From positions 32,001-96,000 of the forward strand of contig CAWCPV010000013.1 of NCBI GenBank assembly GCA_963797555.1: a stretch of 64,000 nt of DNA. Reading direction: 5' to 3'. Of the stretch, positions 18,302 to 27,943 are shown one piece after another. The position numbers and the translations under genes were made by a program. The notes under the pieces were generated by a model. That model was not told where the DNA came from. It saw nothing but the letters and a program-made list of their open reading frames with translations, and did not search any database. The number at the start of each line of letters is the position of its first letter. Position 1 is the first letter of the stretch. The DNA is from an uncultured Gammaproteobacteria bacterium. GTDB lineage: Bacteria; Pseudomonadota; Gammaproteobacteria; CAWCPV01.

Positions 18302-19048
18302 TCACCCCTGCTGCAAATCAATCGACGCGCCAACCACCGTCACACTCTGCCCACTGGCATCAATCTTCAGCGGCACTTTTGCTGTAATCGTGAAGGCGCT
18401 GCTCGACATGTCGATGCTGTTCCCCGTGGCGTCGGTCAGCTTGATTCCGTCCGACGTCATCTCAATTGTGTTGCTGTTCGTATCCTGAACCTTGATTCCG
18501 TCCGATGTAAACTGGATGGTATTCGCATTGGCATCCGTGACCGTGATTCCGTTCTGGTCCATGGCCAGGAAGTGCCCCTGGCTGCCCTCCCGAAGCAGGA
18601 TCATCTCGGAGCCGTCGGCGTCTTCGAACTGTAGCGTGTGCCCCTTGGCCGTCTTGACGATCTTCGCTGTCGGAGGGTCTTGAACGTTGCTCTCCTCGGA
18701 TCCGTCGCTGCCCTTGTTCGGCTTGGGCAATTCGCTTTCGAAGTTGGGTTGGCTCCAGAATGTGCCGACCCACAAGGGGAACTCCAAGTCGCCTTCTTCG
18801 AACTCCGTCCACACGCCAGCGCCGATGTCAGGAATAAACAGGAATCCCTGGTCGGCGGCCCCGCCGTAAGGCGCGCAGGGCGTGGCCCATCCGGTGACCA
18901 CATCGCCGCCCAGGACGCTAGGCACTTTCAGCTTCAGTCGGCCGAGCTTCAGCGGATCCTGATTATCGACCACGATTCCGCGGTACTTGCCATAAAACCG
19001 GTGCTCAATCTTTTCCGCCAGATCCGCGACTATACGTTCCAGATTCAT
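18302..19048 (-). CDS. Spike protein, gp5/phage baseplate assembly protein V (VgrG C-terminal half)
   Basis: FYGKYRGIVVDNQDP..LGR, P.IGAGVW.EFE.GD...P.W.G, GHTLQFED, and ~16-aa beta-helix repeats. Confidence 0.9.
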   Translation of the reverse strand: MNLERIVADLAEKIEHRFYGKYRGIVVDNQDPLKLGRLKLKVPSVLGGDVVTGWATPCAPYGGAADQGFLFIPDIGAGVWTEFEEGDLEFPLWVGTFWSQPNFESELPKPNKGSDGSEESNVQDPPTAKIVKTAKGHTLQFEDADGSEMILLREGSQGHFLAMDQNGITVTDANANTIQFTSDGIKVQDTNSNTIEMTSDGIKLTDATGNSIDMSSSAFTITAKVPLKIDASGQSVTVVGASIDLQQG

Positions 19049-20172
19049 AAGCCGCCCAGCAGGCCTCCTCCATTCGCGGAAAAGTTCTCCGCTCCGGTGG
19101 GCATCAGGCCGTTGCGCTTCACGCGAAAGCGCTGGATATAGCCGTCCGCATTGAAAATGTGATTGACGTGCGTGGTGTAATAGACCCCGCTGTACGTCTC
19201 GCCAATACCCTTGATCGTCACCGGGGCGCGGGGCTTGAGGATGTTGCCGTACTGATTGGCCGCCACTTCTCCTTCGCCGGTGACGAACCACTCGCCCTCG
19301 TTGTATAGGCCCTGGCACAGCGCCGTCATCTCGGCGCTGCCCGTCGTCACCGTTTTTCCGATATAAACCATGCCCGGCGCCAAGCCCGGGCACAGATAAG
19401 TGTCCACCCCTCTGGCGCCCAAAGCCTGTTGACTGCCAGGAGCGGACGTTGCGTCGAGGACGTCCTTGGTGTCGTGATCAAGCTGGAAGATGCCCACGTT
19501 CACCGTCGACAGCGCGTTCACTTCGAGCTGGAACCGATTGACGTTGGTATCGTCGCCGAACTGGACCGAAAGCACCGGCTGCGGCTCCCCGCTCACCTGC
19601 GGCGGTTGGAAATACCCGGTATCACCATCGACATAGCATTCGTAACCATTGCGCAGGGCGAGCCGCTTGAGGAACTGGATGTCGGTCTCGCGCTGGATGA
19701 TCGTTGAAACCTGCTCGTCGTGAATGAGGTCGGTATCCTCGACCTGCGGCGTCAATCCATAGGTGCCAAAAATCTCGGTGGCGATGTCGCTGTCTTTCCG
19801 GCTGGGCCAATCCTGGAGCTTGTCCTCGCGGTCCATCAGCACGCTGGCGTCCATGCCCCAGATCTCCAGATGGCATTGATCCAGTCCGCTGCCGAATATC
19901 GGCCGGATATGGGTGATGTACCCCAAGATCAACTGCTCCGTATCGTCTTCCAGGCCGGCGGTGACCACCACCTTCTTCCAGATGGCCAGCCGTTCGTCGT
20001 CAATGTAGTTCCACGTGCCGTCGGCCTGGAGCAGAAGCGCCACACTCATGCGAAACATGCCCGCCAGTTCCTCGTCGAGCTCCACTTCGAGGCTGACCAG
20101 GTCGTTGTATAACTCCTGGATTTCGCTTCCTTCGATCTCGATCTTGAGGTTGTCGTGCTGCATGGTGGTCAT
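19045..20172 (-). CDS. Phage late control D (gp27-like hub; VgrG N-terminal half)
   Basis: DSDIA.EI...YGL, QRETDIQFLKRLALRNGYE, GIG..YSG.YY...V.H. Confidence 0.88.
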   Translation of the reverse strand: MTTMQHDNLKIEIEGSEIQELYNDLVSLEVELDEELAGMFRMSVALLLQADGTWNYIDDERLAIWKKVVVTAGLEDDTEQLILGYITHIRPIFGSGLDQCHLEIWGMDASVLMDREDKLQDWPSRKDSDIATEIFGTYGLTPQVEDTDLIHDEQVSTIIQRETDIQFLKRLALRNGYECYVDGDTGYFQPPQVSGEPQPVLSVQFGDDTNVNRFQLEVNALSTVNVGIFQLDHDTKDVLDATSAPGSQQALGARGVDTYLCPGLAPGMVYIGKTVTTGSAEMTALCQGLYNEGEWFVTGEGEVAANQYGNILKPRAPVTIKGIGETYSGVYYTTHVNHIFNADGYIQRFRVKRNGLMPTGAENFSANGGGLLGGL

Positions 20173-20754
20173 CTATCCAATCGGCTTGGGCGGTATGACG
20201 ATCTCCTGGCCCACCTGTTCGAGATCGGCGAAAGGCGCGACCTGGAAACCGGCCGTCTCGATGCTAGTGGCAAGCGTGGCGGACGTCACGTTCAGCCGGT
20301 TGTAAGTGACGAGCACGGCCCGTTGGAATTGCTCCACAAGCGCGGTGATCGTTTGGCCGCCCACCGTGACCTGTTGCGGCGCCAGTTGAATGTCCTCCAC
20401 TATTTCGACGTCCTCGACGCCCAACAATCCCCGCAGGGTGCTGGACAGGACGGCCCAGGGAGGGGTGCCGGATACGGTCACGGGGAAGCGTGTGGTGATG
20501 ACGGCATCCTGGCCGAGCAGAGCCAAGGGAGATAAGAATTCCGGGTTGGCATCGCAGATGTTCCACCATTGCAGCGGTTGGCTGTAGTACTTGTAGGCCA
20601 ACTGATCCAGCCGATCGCCGGAGTCGACCGTATGGCGGAACGTACCGCTTACGTCCGGCAGCAGGCGCAGATCCTTGGCCGCCAGCATCCGCCCTTGCGC
20701 ATCGGGCGCGGTGACGTCGGGTACTTTGCGATAGCGGGAAACCTTGCTGAACAT
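20173..20754 (-). CDS. LysM/tail-X-like baseplate protein
   Basis: MF...SRY, HTV..GDRLD.LAY.YY..P..WW.ICDANP; C-terminal GQEIVIP with an internal insertion. Confidence 0.8.
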   Translation of the reverse strand: MFSKVSRYRKVPDVTAPDAQGRMLAAKDLRLLPDVSGTFRHTVDSGDRLDQLAYKYYSQPLQWWNICDANPEFLSPLALLGQDAVITTRFPVTVSGTPPWAVLSSTLRGLLGVEDVEIVEDIQLAPQQVTVGGQTITALVEQFQRAVLVTYNRLNVTSATLATSIETAGFQVAPFADLEQVGQEIVIPPKPIG

Positions 20755-20758
20755 AGGC

Positions 20759-21481
20759 TTATCCGGGAACCACCACGTTGGCGATGCTGGAGAGGTTGGC
20801 CAAGTTCAGGACCGACATGGCTTCGATCATGGCCTTGGAGTACAGGTAAGGCACGCTCTTGCCTTCGATCACCGTGAGATTCACGCCGACGGTGGCACGG
20901 ATCGGATTCAGATCGGTGCTGAACTCCGTCTCTGTGATATTCATGCTGTTGATATTCACGGGCAGTACGCGCTTGCGCCCGAAGATGAACAGAACCAGCG
21001 GAGGATTGGCGCCGCGAGTGAAACTGAAGCCCTTCGACCCGCCCAACAACGCGCCGAGGGCCGCGCCGAGCAAGCTCTCGTCCTTGGGATAGACCATCTG
21101 TTCGAGCGTCGAAATCTGCGGGGCGATGCCAAACTGCTCGCTGATGGTGTCTCCTTCGTTCAGCTTGTCGGTCGCATCCAGCCGGATATCGAAATTGATG
21201 ACCTGCTCCTGCACCGTCACGAGCTGCTGCTTCTGCAGGTCGAGCAGATCCGAGAACTGTCCATGAAACTGGCGCAAGGTCCGCGTCTGCGCCTGGCTCG
21301 CGGCGGCTGCGGTTCCCGGCGGCGGCGGAGGCGGGTTCGGCACGGCAAAGGTCAAGGCGCGGTTGCGCGTCAGTTGCAGCGGGTTGAACTGGAACACCAC
21401 CACCAGCGGCGGCAGGCTCAGCCCAAACTCCACGAACGCGCCGCGGAGGATTTTCGGTTTGTTGGGGAAGCCGTCAGACAT
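20759..21481 (-). CDS. CIS tube-initiator protein (Afp7-like, without LysM)
   Basis: VFQFNP..L.R, LDATD, LE.MVYP, PL.LF.FG..RVLPV.I.S..ITE..F...LNPIRA.V. Confidence 0.82.
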   Translation of the reverse strand: MSDGFPNKPKILRGAFVEFGLSLPPLVVVFQFNPLQLTRNRALTFAVPNPPPPPPGTAAAASQAQTRTLRQFHGQFSDLLDLQKQQLVTVQEQVINFDIRLDATDKLNEGDTISEQFGIAPQISTLEQMVYPKDESLLGAALGALLGGSKGFSFTRGANPPLVLFIFGRKRVLPVNINSMNITETEFSTDLNPIRATVGVNLTVIEGKSVPYLYSKAMIEAMSVLNLANLSSIANVVVPG

Positions 21482-21513
21482 ATCTCACATCCCACGCATC
21501 GGAATGGCCGTTG

Positions 21514-21948
21514 TCACTTGACTATCTCGCTCACAGAGCGGAAATGTAGCCTATTGGACTCGTGGTGTCCGGTTATGACGCCATATGTGACAGTGTTCTC
21601 ATCGGGCTCAATCTCTAGAATAGCACCAATGTCGATTGCGGTTTGCCGGTCGCTGCCGCACTTACTCAGATCCCATGTTCCGTCGTTCAGATCGAAGTGT
21701 TGCAGGTAAGCCTCTCCTGGTTGAATCAAGATTAAATCCGGTATGTTGACAGTCCACCTTTTAGGCATCCTTTTTATGGAGCACCGCTTTCCGTTCTGCG
21801 GCGATACCTGAAAGTAAACGGAATAGTAACCAAAGGAGTAGCTTGGACTCCATATCGAGACAACCGATTGTGATCGGTTAGCGATTGCCAGGTTGAACAC
21901 CTTCTCGATATAAGTGAGATTAAGATCCATAGGAAGCATTTGCGTCAC
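21514..21948 (-). CDS. Small AT-richer hypothetical protein, candidate immunity
   Basis: GTG start overlaps the DUF4157 stop (GTGA); visibly lower GC than neighbours; no recognisable family. Confidence 0.55.
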   Translation of the reverse strand: MTQMLPMDLNLTYIEKVFNLAIANRSQSVVSIWSPSYSFGYYSVYFQVSPQNGKRCSIKRMPKRWTVNIPDLILIQPGEAYLQHFDLNDGTWDLSKCGSDRQTAIDIGAILEIEPDENTVTYGVITGHHESNRLHFRSVSEIVK

Positions 21949-23585
21949 CAGTTAATCGTGATGGTGTCGGTACCACCGATTTGTCGATTCTCGTTACAGA
22001 CGTCAACCACAGAAATCCTGAATCGCATTTGTCCCGTATCCGCGGCAAACATATGTGGATCGTCATGGCCTTCAAACGTCGCGCCGGAAGCTTGAGCCAG
22101 ATTGCCCGCCGCATTCACGTATCGATTTCCAGCCACCCCTCCTCCGAATCCCGTCCTATGGCCGTATCGCTGGGCATTCGCAGCATCTCTATCTTCGATA
22201 AAGGTATCCACCGGTTGCGCCGCCGGGAAGCCGGCATGCGGCACTGGATTCCCCGGGGGGGTCGCCGCGAAGCTGGCTGCCATAGCGGCATCCCACGAGA
22301 TTTCCTGGCGCACCTCACAACAGGACGCGAAAATCCCGTTATCGGGATCGTGGTCGAACGTCGCCGCGAGGGCGAAAGGCACATGCCTTCCCGCTCCCGC
22401 TGGGGCGGTTACTACACCGTGGGGCGTGTAAGTGGGGCCTGTTCTGACCCTTCCCCTTCGCACTAAGCTCGCCAGTGTTTTGGATTCAGCAGACAACCCT
22501 TCCGCCCTCAATTCCCGAAACAACGGGGCCGCCGTGTCAGGCCCGAGTTTGCCATTCTGCGCTAGGTTGTTCGCGGCCTGCCACCTTGCCACCGCGTTCA
22601 CGAAATCCTCATCAATCACCGCCGGATCCTTGCCAATTCCCAGGACGTCTCGCAGAGTCCCGATAAGCGCAGCATCCGCAGCGCCAATTTTTATCGTATT
22701 GTACTGGATGGCCGCCTGCACCTGGGCGGCGGTCAGAGATCCCGCATCGGCCGTTGGATTAGGCGGTTCAATAGCGAAGTCCGCCTGGATGGATGGAACG
22801 CTGGTTTGCCTCTCGGAGTCGTCCCCGTCCTCCGGCGTTCTGACCGACTCCCGGTCGCGTTCCTTGTTGTCATCGGTCTCATCCGCCAACTTGCGCTGCA
22901 ACCCGCCGCCCTGCTGTAGCACGTGCGTCAACTCGTGAGCCAGCAGTTCCCGACCGGAGTGACTATCCGGATTATATTCTCCCTGGCGGAAAAAGATACC
23001 CTGTCCCCTGGTAAAGGCGCGCGCATTGAGAGTACGATTGAGGTCGTCGGCGGAGGCTCCAGTATGCACACGGACACCGCTGAAGTCGTAGCCGAAGCGA
23101 GGTTCAAAAAAGGCGCGAGTCGCTCCGGGCAGCGGCTGGCCGCTTCCAATGGACTGAATTCGGCTCTCTACTTCCGGAGACACAGCAGCGGCGTGGTCAG
23201 TTGCCGCCCGTCTCTGAATAACGTTTACTCCCCATTGCTGCCCCGGTGCCGCCCGTCGTTGCAGGGAAGGTTCCGGCATCCGCATCACCAGCCCGGCCAC
23301 GCGGTCCGCTTCTTGTTCGAAGGAATCACCGGCGGATCCAATCGTCAGTTTGGCCTGTACGTGGCGTGGCGGGCAGTTCCGGCGTCCACCCATGCTGCAG
23401 CCGTTGCGGTCGTGCGTCTCCTGGCCCGGCCCGCAGCAGGCAGTCGCGGTCTGCAGATAGCTGTTACCTAGACCGCGTTGGAGAGACTGTATGGCGTCGG
23501 ATGTTTGACTGGGCGCTGGCTCAGCGCAGTGCTTCACACTTGGCGCCACGTCCAGGGCAACTTCTTTGCTTCGAGATGCAAACAT
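21945..23585 (-). CDS. DUF4157 (eCIS core) protein with PG-binding-like and unknown C-terminal domains
   Basis: QAKL.I...GD.FEQEAD, RFGYDFSGVRVHT, ARAFT.G..I.F, LLAHELTHVLQQ; AVARWQ..NNL...GKLGPDT. Confidence 0.88.
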   Translation of the reverse strand: MFASRSKEVALDVAPSVKHCAEPAPSQTSDAIQSLQRGLGNSYLQTATACCGPGQETHDRNGCSMGGRRNCPPRHVQAKLTIGSAGDSFEQEADRVAGLVMRMPEPSLQRRAAPGQQWGVNVIQRRAATDHAAAVSPEVESRIQSIGSGQPLPGATRAFFEPRFGYDFSGVRVHTGASADDLNRTLNARAFTRGQGIFFRQGEYNPDSHSGRELLAHELTHVLQQGGGLQRKLADETDDNKERDRESVRTPEDGDDSERQTSVPSIQADFAIEPPNPTADAGSLTAAQVQAAIQYNTIKIGAADAALIGTLRDVLGIGKDPAVIDEDFVNAVARWQAANNLAQNGKLGPDTAAPLFRELRAEGLSAESKTLASLVRRGRVRTGPTYTPHGVVTAPAGAGRHVPFALAATFDHDPDNGIFASCCEVRQEISWDAAMAASFAATPPGNPVPHAGFPAAQPVDTFIEDRDAANAQRYGHRTGFGGGVAGNRYVNAAGNLAQASGATFEGHDDPHMFAADTGQMRFRISVVDVCNENRQIGGTDTITINW

Positions 23586-23613
23586 AGCTTTTTCCCCTTA
23601 CCTTAACTTAAAC

Positions 23614-25815
23614 TTACTGCTTGAGCCCGCTGATAGAGTGCCGCTCCTTCCATAGCTTGCCGATCTTTTCGAACTCCTGCCGCGCCCCACGCAGAATATG
23701 CTCCATTTCAATCAGACCGCCGTCTCGCGCAGCCGAAAAGGCCGAGTTCAGAACGATATTCTTGATGTTTCCCCCCGCCACCTGAAGATCCCGCGCAAGA
23801 ATCCGGCAATCAACCTCCGACGATACCGGCGCTTCCGCCGGGAAATGCGTCTGCCAAATCCGCAAGCGATTGGCCTCATTAGGAAACGGAAACTCGACGA
23901 TGAAGCGAATGCGGCGCGCGAATGCTTCGTCCATGTTCTCCCTGAGATTCGTCGCCAGAATCACCATGCCTTCGTACTCCTCCATCTTCTGCAGCAGGTA
24001 ACTGGTCTCGATGTTGGCGTAGCGGTCGTGCGCGTCGCTCACTTCGGTCCGCTTGCCGAATAGGGCGTCTGCCTCGTCGAAGAAGAGGATGGCGTTACTG
24101 GTTTCGGCTTCGGCGAAAATGCGGGAGAGGTTCTTCTCGGTCTCGCCAATATATTTGCTGACTACGCTCGACAGATCGACCTTGTACAGATCCAGTTCCA
24201 GTTCGCGGGCCAGAACCTCGGCCGCCATGGTTTTACCGGTGCCCGAGGGCCCGGTGAATAGCACGCTCAAGCCCTTCCCATGGCCCAGCTTCTTCCCAAA
24301 GCCCCAGGTTCCGAAGACGCGGTATTGATGCCGGACCTGGCTGCAGATCTCGCGCAAGTGGGCCAACTTGTCCTCGGGCAGCACGATGTCGTCCCACCCG
24401 TAATGCGGCTCGATCTTGACCGCGAGTTCGCGGAGCTTGTGATTAGACTGCGCCCGACAAGCGGCGGCGAGATCGGAGGCCGATAAGGCGCGCGGCTTCG
24501 ATACAGTAAGGCAGACATTTTGCGCCAGTTCGACCGCCGCCCGAATCTGCGCGGGCGTCAACCGGAATTGTGCCGCCAGTTGGGCGGCCCAAGCCGCCGC
24601 CTCGGCCGTTTGGCCAGCCAGGCAGCGCTCCCACGCGACCGCGCGCGCGGGAACATCGGGCAGCGGCAGCTCCACCGAGTGAAAAAGGCAGTCCGTAAAC
24701 GCCTGTTTGGGAGTCCATGGCGTCGCGGCGCTCAGAAAAACCAGCCAGCCGAATTCCGAGATGGCCGCTTGCAGGGCTTTGAGCAGCGGACGCGCGGCGT
24801 CCCGCAAGAGTACCTCGGCATTTTCCAGGTAAAGAAAGGCCTGCTGCAGCAGCGCTTCTCGAAATGCCAGGCGCAGGAGATCCTCCGCTTCCGATCCCCG
24901 GGCGAGCAATAGTTCCGCGTCTAGGCTCAACAAAAAGCTGTGGAGCCGCCGACAGATGTGCAGCGCGAGTTCGCGCTTGCCGACACCCTGCGGGCCGTGC
25001 AGATGAAGGACCAGCTTGCGCTTGTCCCTGTTCTCCGGAGCCAGGTGGCGGCCAACCAGGTTCTCCACGCCGGCAACGATGAAGGAGTCCATCGGCGGCT
25101 GGTCCGCATGACCGCTGGGTTGCTGGAACTGGGCGTGTCCCGCCAGCCGGGCATCGATCTGGCTGCCGCCCAACAAAAACTGGCAGATCCGGGTGTCCAA
25201 TGCGAGTAGCTGAGCAAGACCGCTGGATCCGGACGGGCTGTTAGAATCATTTACCTTCCGGAGCAGACCGGAGCGCAATAGGGGTGCCGAGTCGCAGAGA
25301 AGCCTTCGGGCCTCCCACTGTTGAGCCTCCGAACCGCACAGCAGCTCCAGCACCAAATCCACGCTGGGCCGCTTGCGCGTGAGGTCGTCCTGTAAATAGG
25401 CGTACAGCCGGTCATACTTGCGTCGCAGTTCGGGGGCGAGACAAATGACGACCACCTCCCGTTCAAAAGCCGACAGGCCAAACAGATGGCCCAGTTGAGC
25501 CAGCGCGGGGAACATACCCTCCTTCAGGCTATGGGCAACCCGGCCGTCGATCTCCGCCCTCAACCGCTCCAGTCCGGCACGCATTTCCAGGACTTCGGCA
25601 TCGCCGGCTTTGGGCGTCCCGCCCTCATCGAGCAGCCACTCGACCTCCGCCGGTGTGATGTAAACTGTCCGCGAAGCCTGCGCCTCGGGCACGGCCTGGT
25701 TCTGCAAGGCCAATGTCCTGGTCCTTAGCCGGATCAGCAGATCGAGCCAGCGCAACTCGTCTTCCAGATGCTCGTAGTTGTTACCGTAAGGACGCATTTC
25801 CGATCCCGGGCTCAT
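23614..25815 (-). CDS. CIS AAA+ ATPase (Afp15/Pvc15-like)
   Basis: FGLS.FE...APE...LYAYLQDD..RKRP; GPSGTGKT, VSKYIGETEKNL, FDEADALFGKR..V.DAHDRYAN. Confidence 0.93.
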   Translation of the reverse strand: MSPGSEMRPYGNNYEHLEDELRWLDLLIRLRTRTLALQNQAVPEAQASRTVYITPAEVEWLLDEGGTPKAGDAEVLEMRAGLERLRAEIDGRVAHSLKEGMFPALAQLGHLFGLSAFEREVVVICLAPELRRKYDRLYAYLQDDLTRKRPSVDLVLELLCGSEAQQWEARRLLCDSAPLLRSGLLRKVNDSNSPSGSSGLAQLLALDTRICQFLLGGSQIDARLAGHAQFQQPSGHADQPPMDSFIVAGVENLVGRHLAPENRDKRKLVLHLHGPQGVGKRELALHICRRLHSFLLSLDAELLLARGSEAEDLLRLAFREALLQQAFLYLENAEVLLRDAARPLLKALQAAISEFGWLVFLSAATPWTPKQAFTDCLFHSVELPLPDVPARAVAWERCLAGQTAEAAAWAAQLAAQFRLTPAQIRAAVELAQNVCLTVSKPRALSASDLAAACRAQSNHKLRELAVKIEPHYGWDDIVLPEDKLAHLREICSQVRHQYRVFGTWGFGKKLGHGKGLSVLFTGPSGTGKTMAAEVLARELELDLYKVDLSSVVSKYIGETEKNLSRIFAEAETSNAILFFDEADALFGKRTEVSDAHDRYANIETSYLLQKMEEYEGMVILATNLRENMDEAFARRIRFIVEFPFPNEANRLRIWQTHFPAEAPVSSEVDCRILARDLQVAGGNIKNIVLNSAFSAARDGGLIEMEHILRGARQEFEKIGKLWKERHSISGLKQ

Positions 25816-26651
25816 GGCATCACCTCGAACAGAAACGTCCTGCGAAACAGGCGCGAGACATCCACACGAATGTCATAAAAGCCTGGCAACGTGCCCGCCG
25901 GAATCGTGGCATTGAAGGTATCGCCAGCCAGGGCCTGCTGGTCGAGCACTGTCTGGTCGCCCACCAAGACAGTAACCTTCCATCCGGCCAGATTCTCGCC
26001 CGTGAAAGTGACCGCGGTGCCGGCAGGCCCGCTGGCGGGTGTCATGTCCAGCACGGCCGGCGGGCTGAAGGGCGCCCGCACGCCGGGAACGCCGATGGTC
26101 CGCACCCGCTTTGGCAGCGGCATCTCTCCCGCCGGCGACATGTCCAGTTGCACGGTCAAGACTTGATAGCGGACCGACAGGCGAAAAGGCTGTGCGAAGG
26201 TGCTCCAAAGACGGCTGAGTTCTTCCGGGTCCAAGGCGTTGTATACAATTCTGAATTCCTCCCTGGCGGTTTTCAGGTCGGTTTCCAGATACTGCTGTGG
26301 GATGACGGAATTCTCGTAGAACACGCGCATGGCCTCACCGAGGATCTCGTGCGCCGTCGAGTTGCCGGTCTGCGGATCGTTGCGCGCGTATGGCGTCACC
26401 AGGTAGTACAGGTTGAGCGACAAGGGCGCGGGCGCCAGCTGATTCGAATTCCCCGGTTTCAACGACCAATCCTGGTTTTTCAGGAAGGTGTTTTCCTCGA
26501 TCTTGTAGAGAAACAGATTGATTCGTTGATCGCCGCCGGCCTCGTCGGGCGCCAGAATCGTCACCGGCACCGCCGGGTTCAACTGCATTTCTCCCACCAA
26601 GAGATTGCGCAGCGATGTGCTGACCAAGCCCAAGGCAGTGGACACGCTCAC
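25812..26651 (-). CDS. DUF4255/Pvc16-like cap protein with C-terminal IPT/TIG domain
   Basis: INLFLY...EN...N, PL.L.L.YL.T, ILG.AM..F, EELS.LW.....FRLS..Y; PASGPAGTAVTFTGENL. GTG start overlaps the upstream stop. Confidence 0.85.
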   Translation of the reverse strand: MSVSTALGLVSTSLRNLLVGEMQLNPAVPVTILAPDEAGGDQRINLFLYKIEENTFLKNQDWSLKPGNSNQLAPAPLSLNLYYLVTPYARNDPQTGNSTAHEILGEAMRVFYENSVIPQQYLETDLKTAREEFRIVYNALDPEELSRLWSTFAQPFRLSVRYQVLTVQLDMSPAGEMPLPKRVRTIGVPGVRAPFSPPAVLDMTPASGPAGTAVTFTGENLAGWKVTVLVGDQTVLDQQALAGDTFNATIPAGTLPGFYDIRVDVSRLFRRTFLFEVMP

Positions 26652-27943
26652 CGCCGGATCCTCACGCTCAAGTGAGTTAGATGCCTGCGCTCCCAGAAGG
26701 CGATGGAAGTGGCCATGACGGCGTGGGCGGAATCCTGCTTGACCACAATCACGGAAGCTTGTGTCGACGGCGCGGCGGGCGCATGGTTGGAAGGGAAGTC
26801 CGCCGAACCTTGCTGGCGGGGCTCGGACGACCTGCGCATGCCACTTCCGGAGGTCTGCTCTGGTCGGCGCACTGTAGGGAAGCTTCGTGCCAACGACGCG
26901 GCATTCCGGCCCTGCGGATCGGGCACTTGGTGCCGGCGTGCAGATTGCGCAAGGGTTGGCGCCGCTGGGCACTTGGGCAGGGGCTCGCCTGAAATGGGTT
27001 GTGGATTCTCGGCCGCCGCCAGATGCGGTTCCCGCGCGGCCTGATGCGGTGCCGTGCGACGCAGTGGCGGGATGGCGACGGTGCTTCCGTCCGGGATCCG
27101 TAGGGATGGCGTATCTATCACCTTTGGACACGACTCCTTGGCATTTGCGTGCAAGTCCACAGGCGCGGCCTCACTCAAGGAGATCCCGCCTCGTGTCGCC
27201 GTAAGGCGCTGCCGTTCGTGGAACCCCGGGACACCCGGAATGATCACGTCCTGCTGGGTCAGCGAAACTCCATCGATCCCCCCGGCTCCGATTGTGTCGG
27301 CATCTTTTGCGAAACCTTTGGGGGCATCTAAGTCTCCAAAGGGAGCAGAAAATGGGCGACGGGCTGTCGCACCCGACGGACCGCCCTCGTCCCGCATCGG
27401 CCCCGGCGTGTATTCCTCTTCGCTGCGCACTGCGCCACGGCTCCCGCCGCGGCCGGACGCCCCGTCGGAAGCCGGAGGTCTAGTCTCCGCCCGCGTCGGC
27501 GCCGCAGACGTTGGCAAAATCTCTGGCCCTAGGGACGCTCCGCGCTCATCGGCCTCGCTTCGGTCTCCTTGCCCCTTCGCCGGAGCCGCGCGCTGGTTCG
27601 CTGCGCGCGGGTTGGATGCCCGTTCCCCCTCGTCCGGCATGCCGCGCCCGCGAGGCATCGTCCCATAAGGCGAAGAGCGCGTTTTTTCTTCCATCATGTA
27701 AGCTGGGCCGCGTGGATGGCCCGCCAGGAATTCATCCGAAAAGTCGAATTCACCTGTGAATCGCGGGCGGACGTACCCGAAGTCGGCAACCGGAATCGGT
27801 TTGAAGAAGTTCATCTCGACATCGCTGGACTCGGGAAGGCCGAGCAGCGCCCGAACACGGCAGCGGTAGCGAAACGGCCGGGCGCCGTCCGAGAGCACCC
27901 CGTACAGATAAGCTTTCGCTGCGCCCTCTGTTTTACTCGCCAT
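26648..27943 (-). CDS. Low-complexity hypothetical protein in the CIS operon
   Basis: 431-aa P/A/G/S/R-rich ORF overlapping both neighbours. Confidence 0.6.
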   Translation of the reverse strand: MASKTEGAAKAYLYGVLSDGARPFRYRCRVRALLGLPESSDVEMNFFKPIPVADFGYVRPRFTGEFDFSDEFLAGHPRGPAYMMEEKTRSSPYGTMPRGRGMPDEGERASNPRAANQRAAPAKGQGDRSEADERGASLGPEILPTSAAPTRAETRPPASDGASGRGGSRGAVRSEEEYTPGPMRDEGGPSGATARRPFSAPFGDLDAPKGFAKDADTIGAGGIDGVSLTQQDVIIPGVPGFHERQRLTATRGGISLSEAAPVDLHANAKESCPKVIDTPSLRIPDGSTVAIPPLRRTAPHQAAREPHLAAAENPQPISGEPLPKCPAAPTLAQSARRHQVPDPQGRNAASLARSFPTVRRPEQTSGSGMRRSSEPRQQGSADFPSNHAPAAPSTQASVIVVKQDSAHAVMATSIAFWERRHLTHLSVRIRR

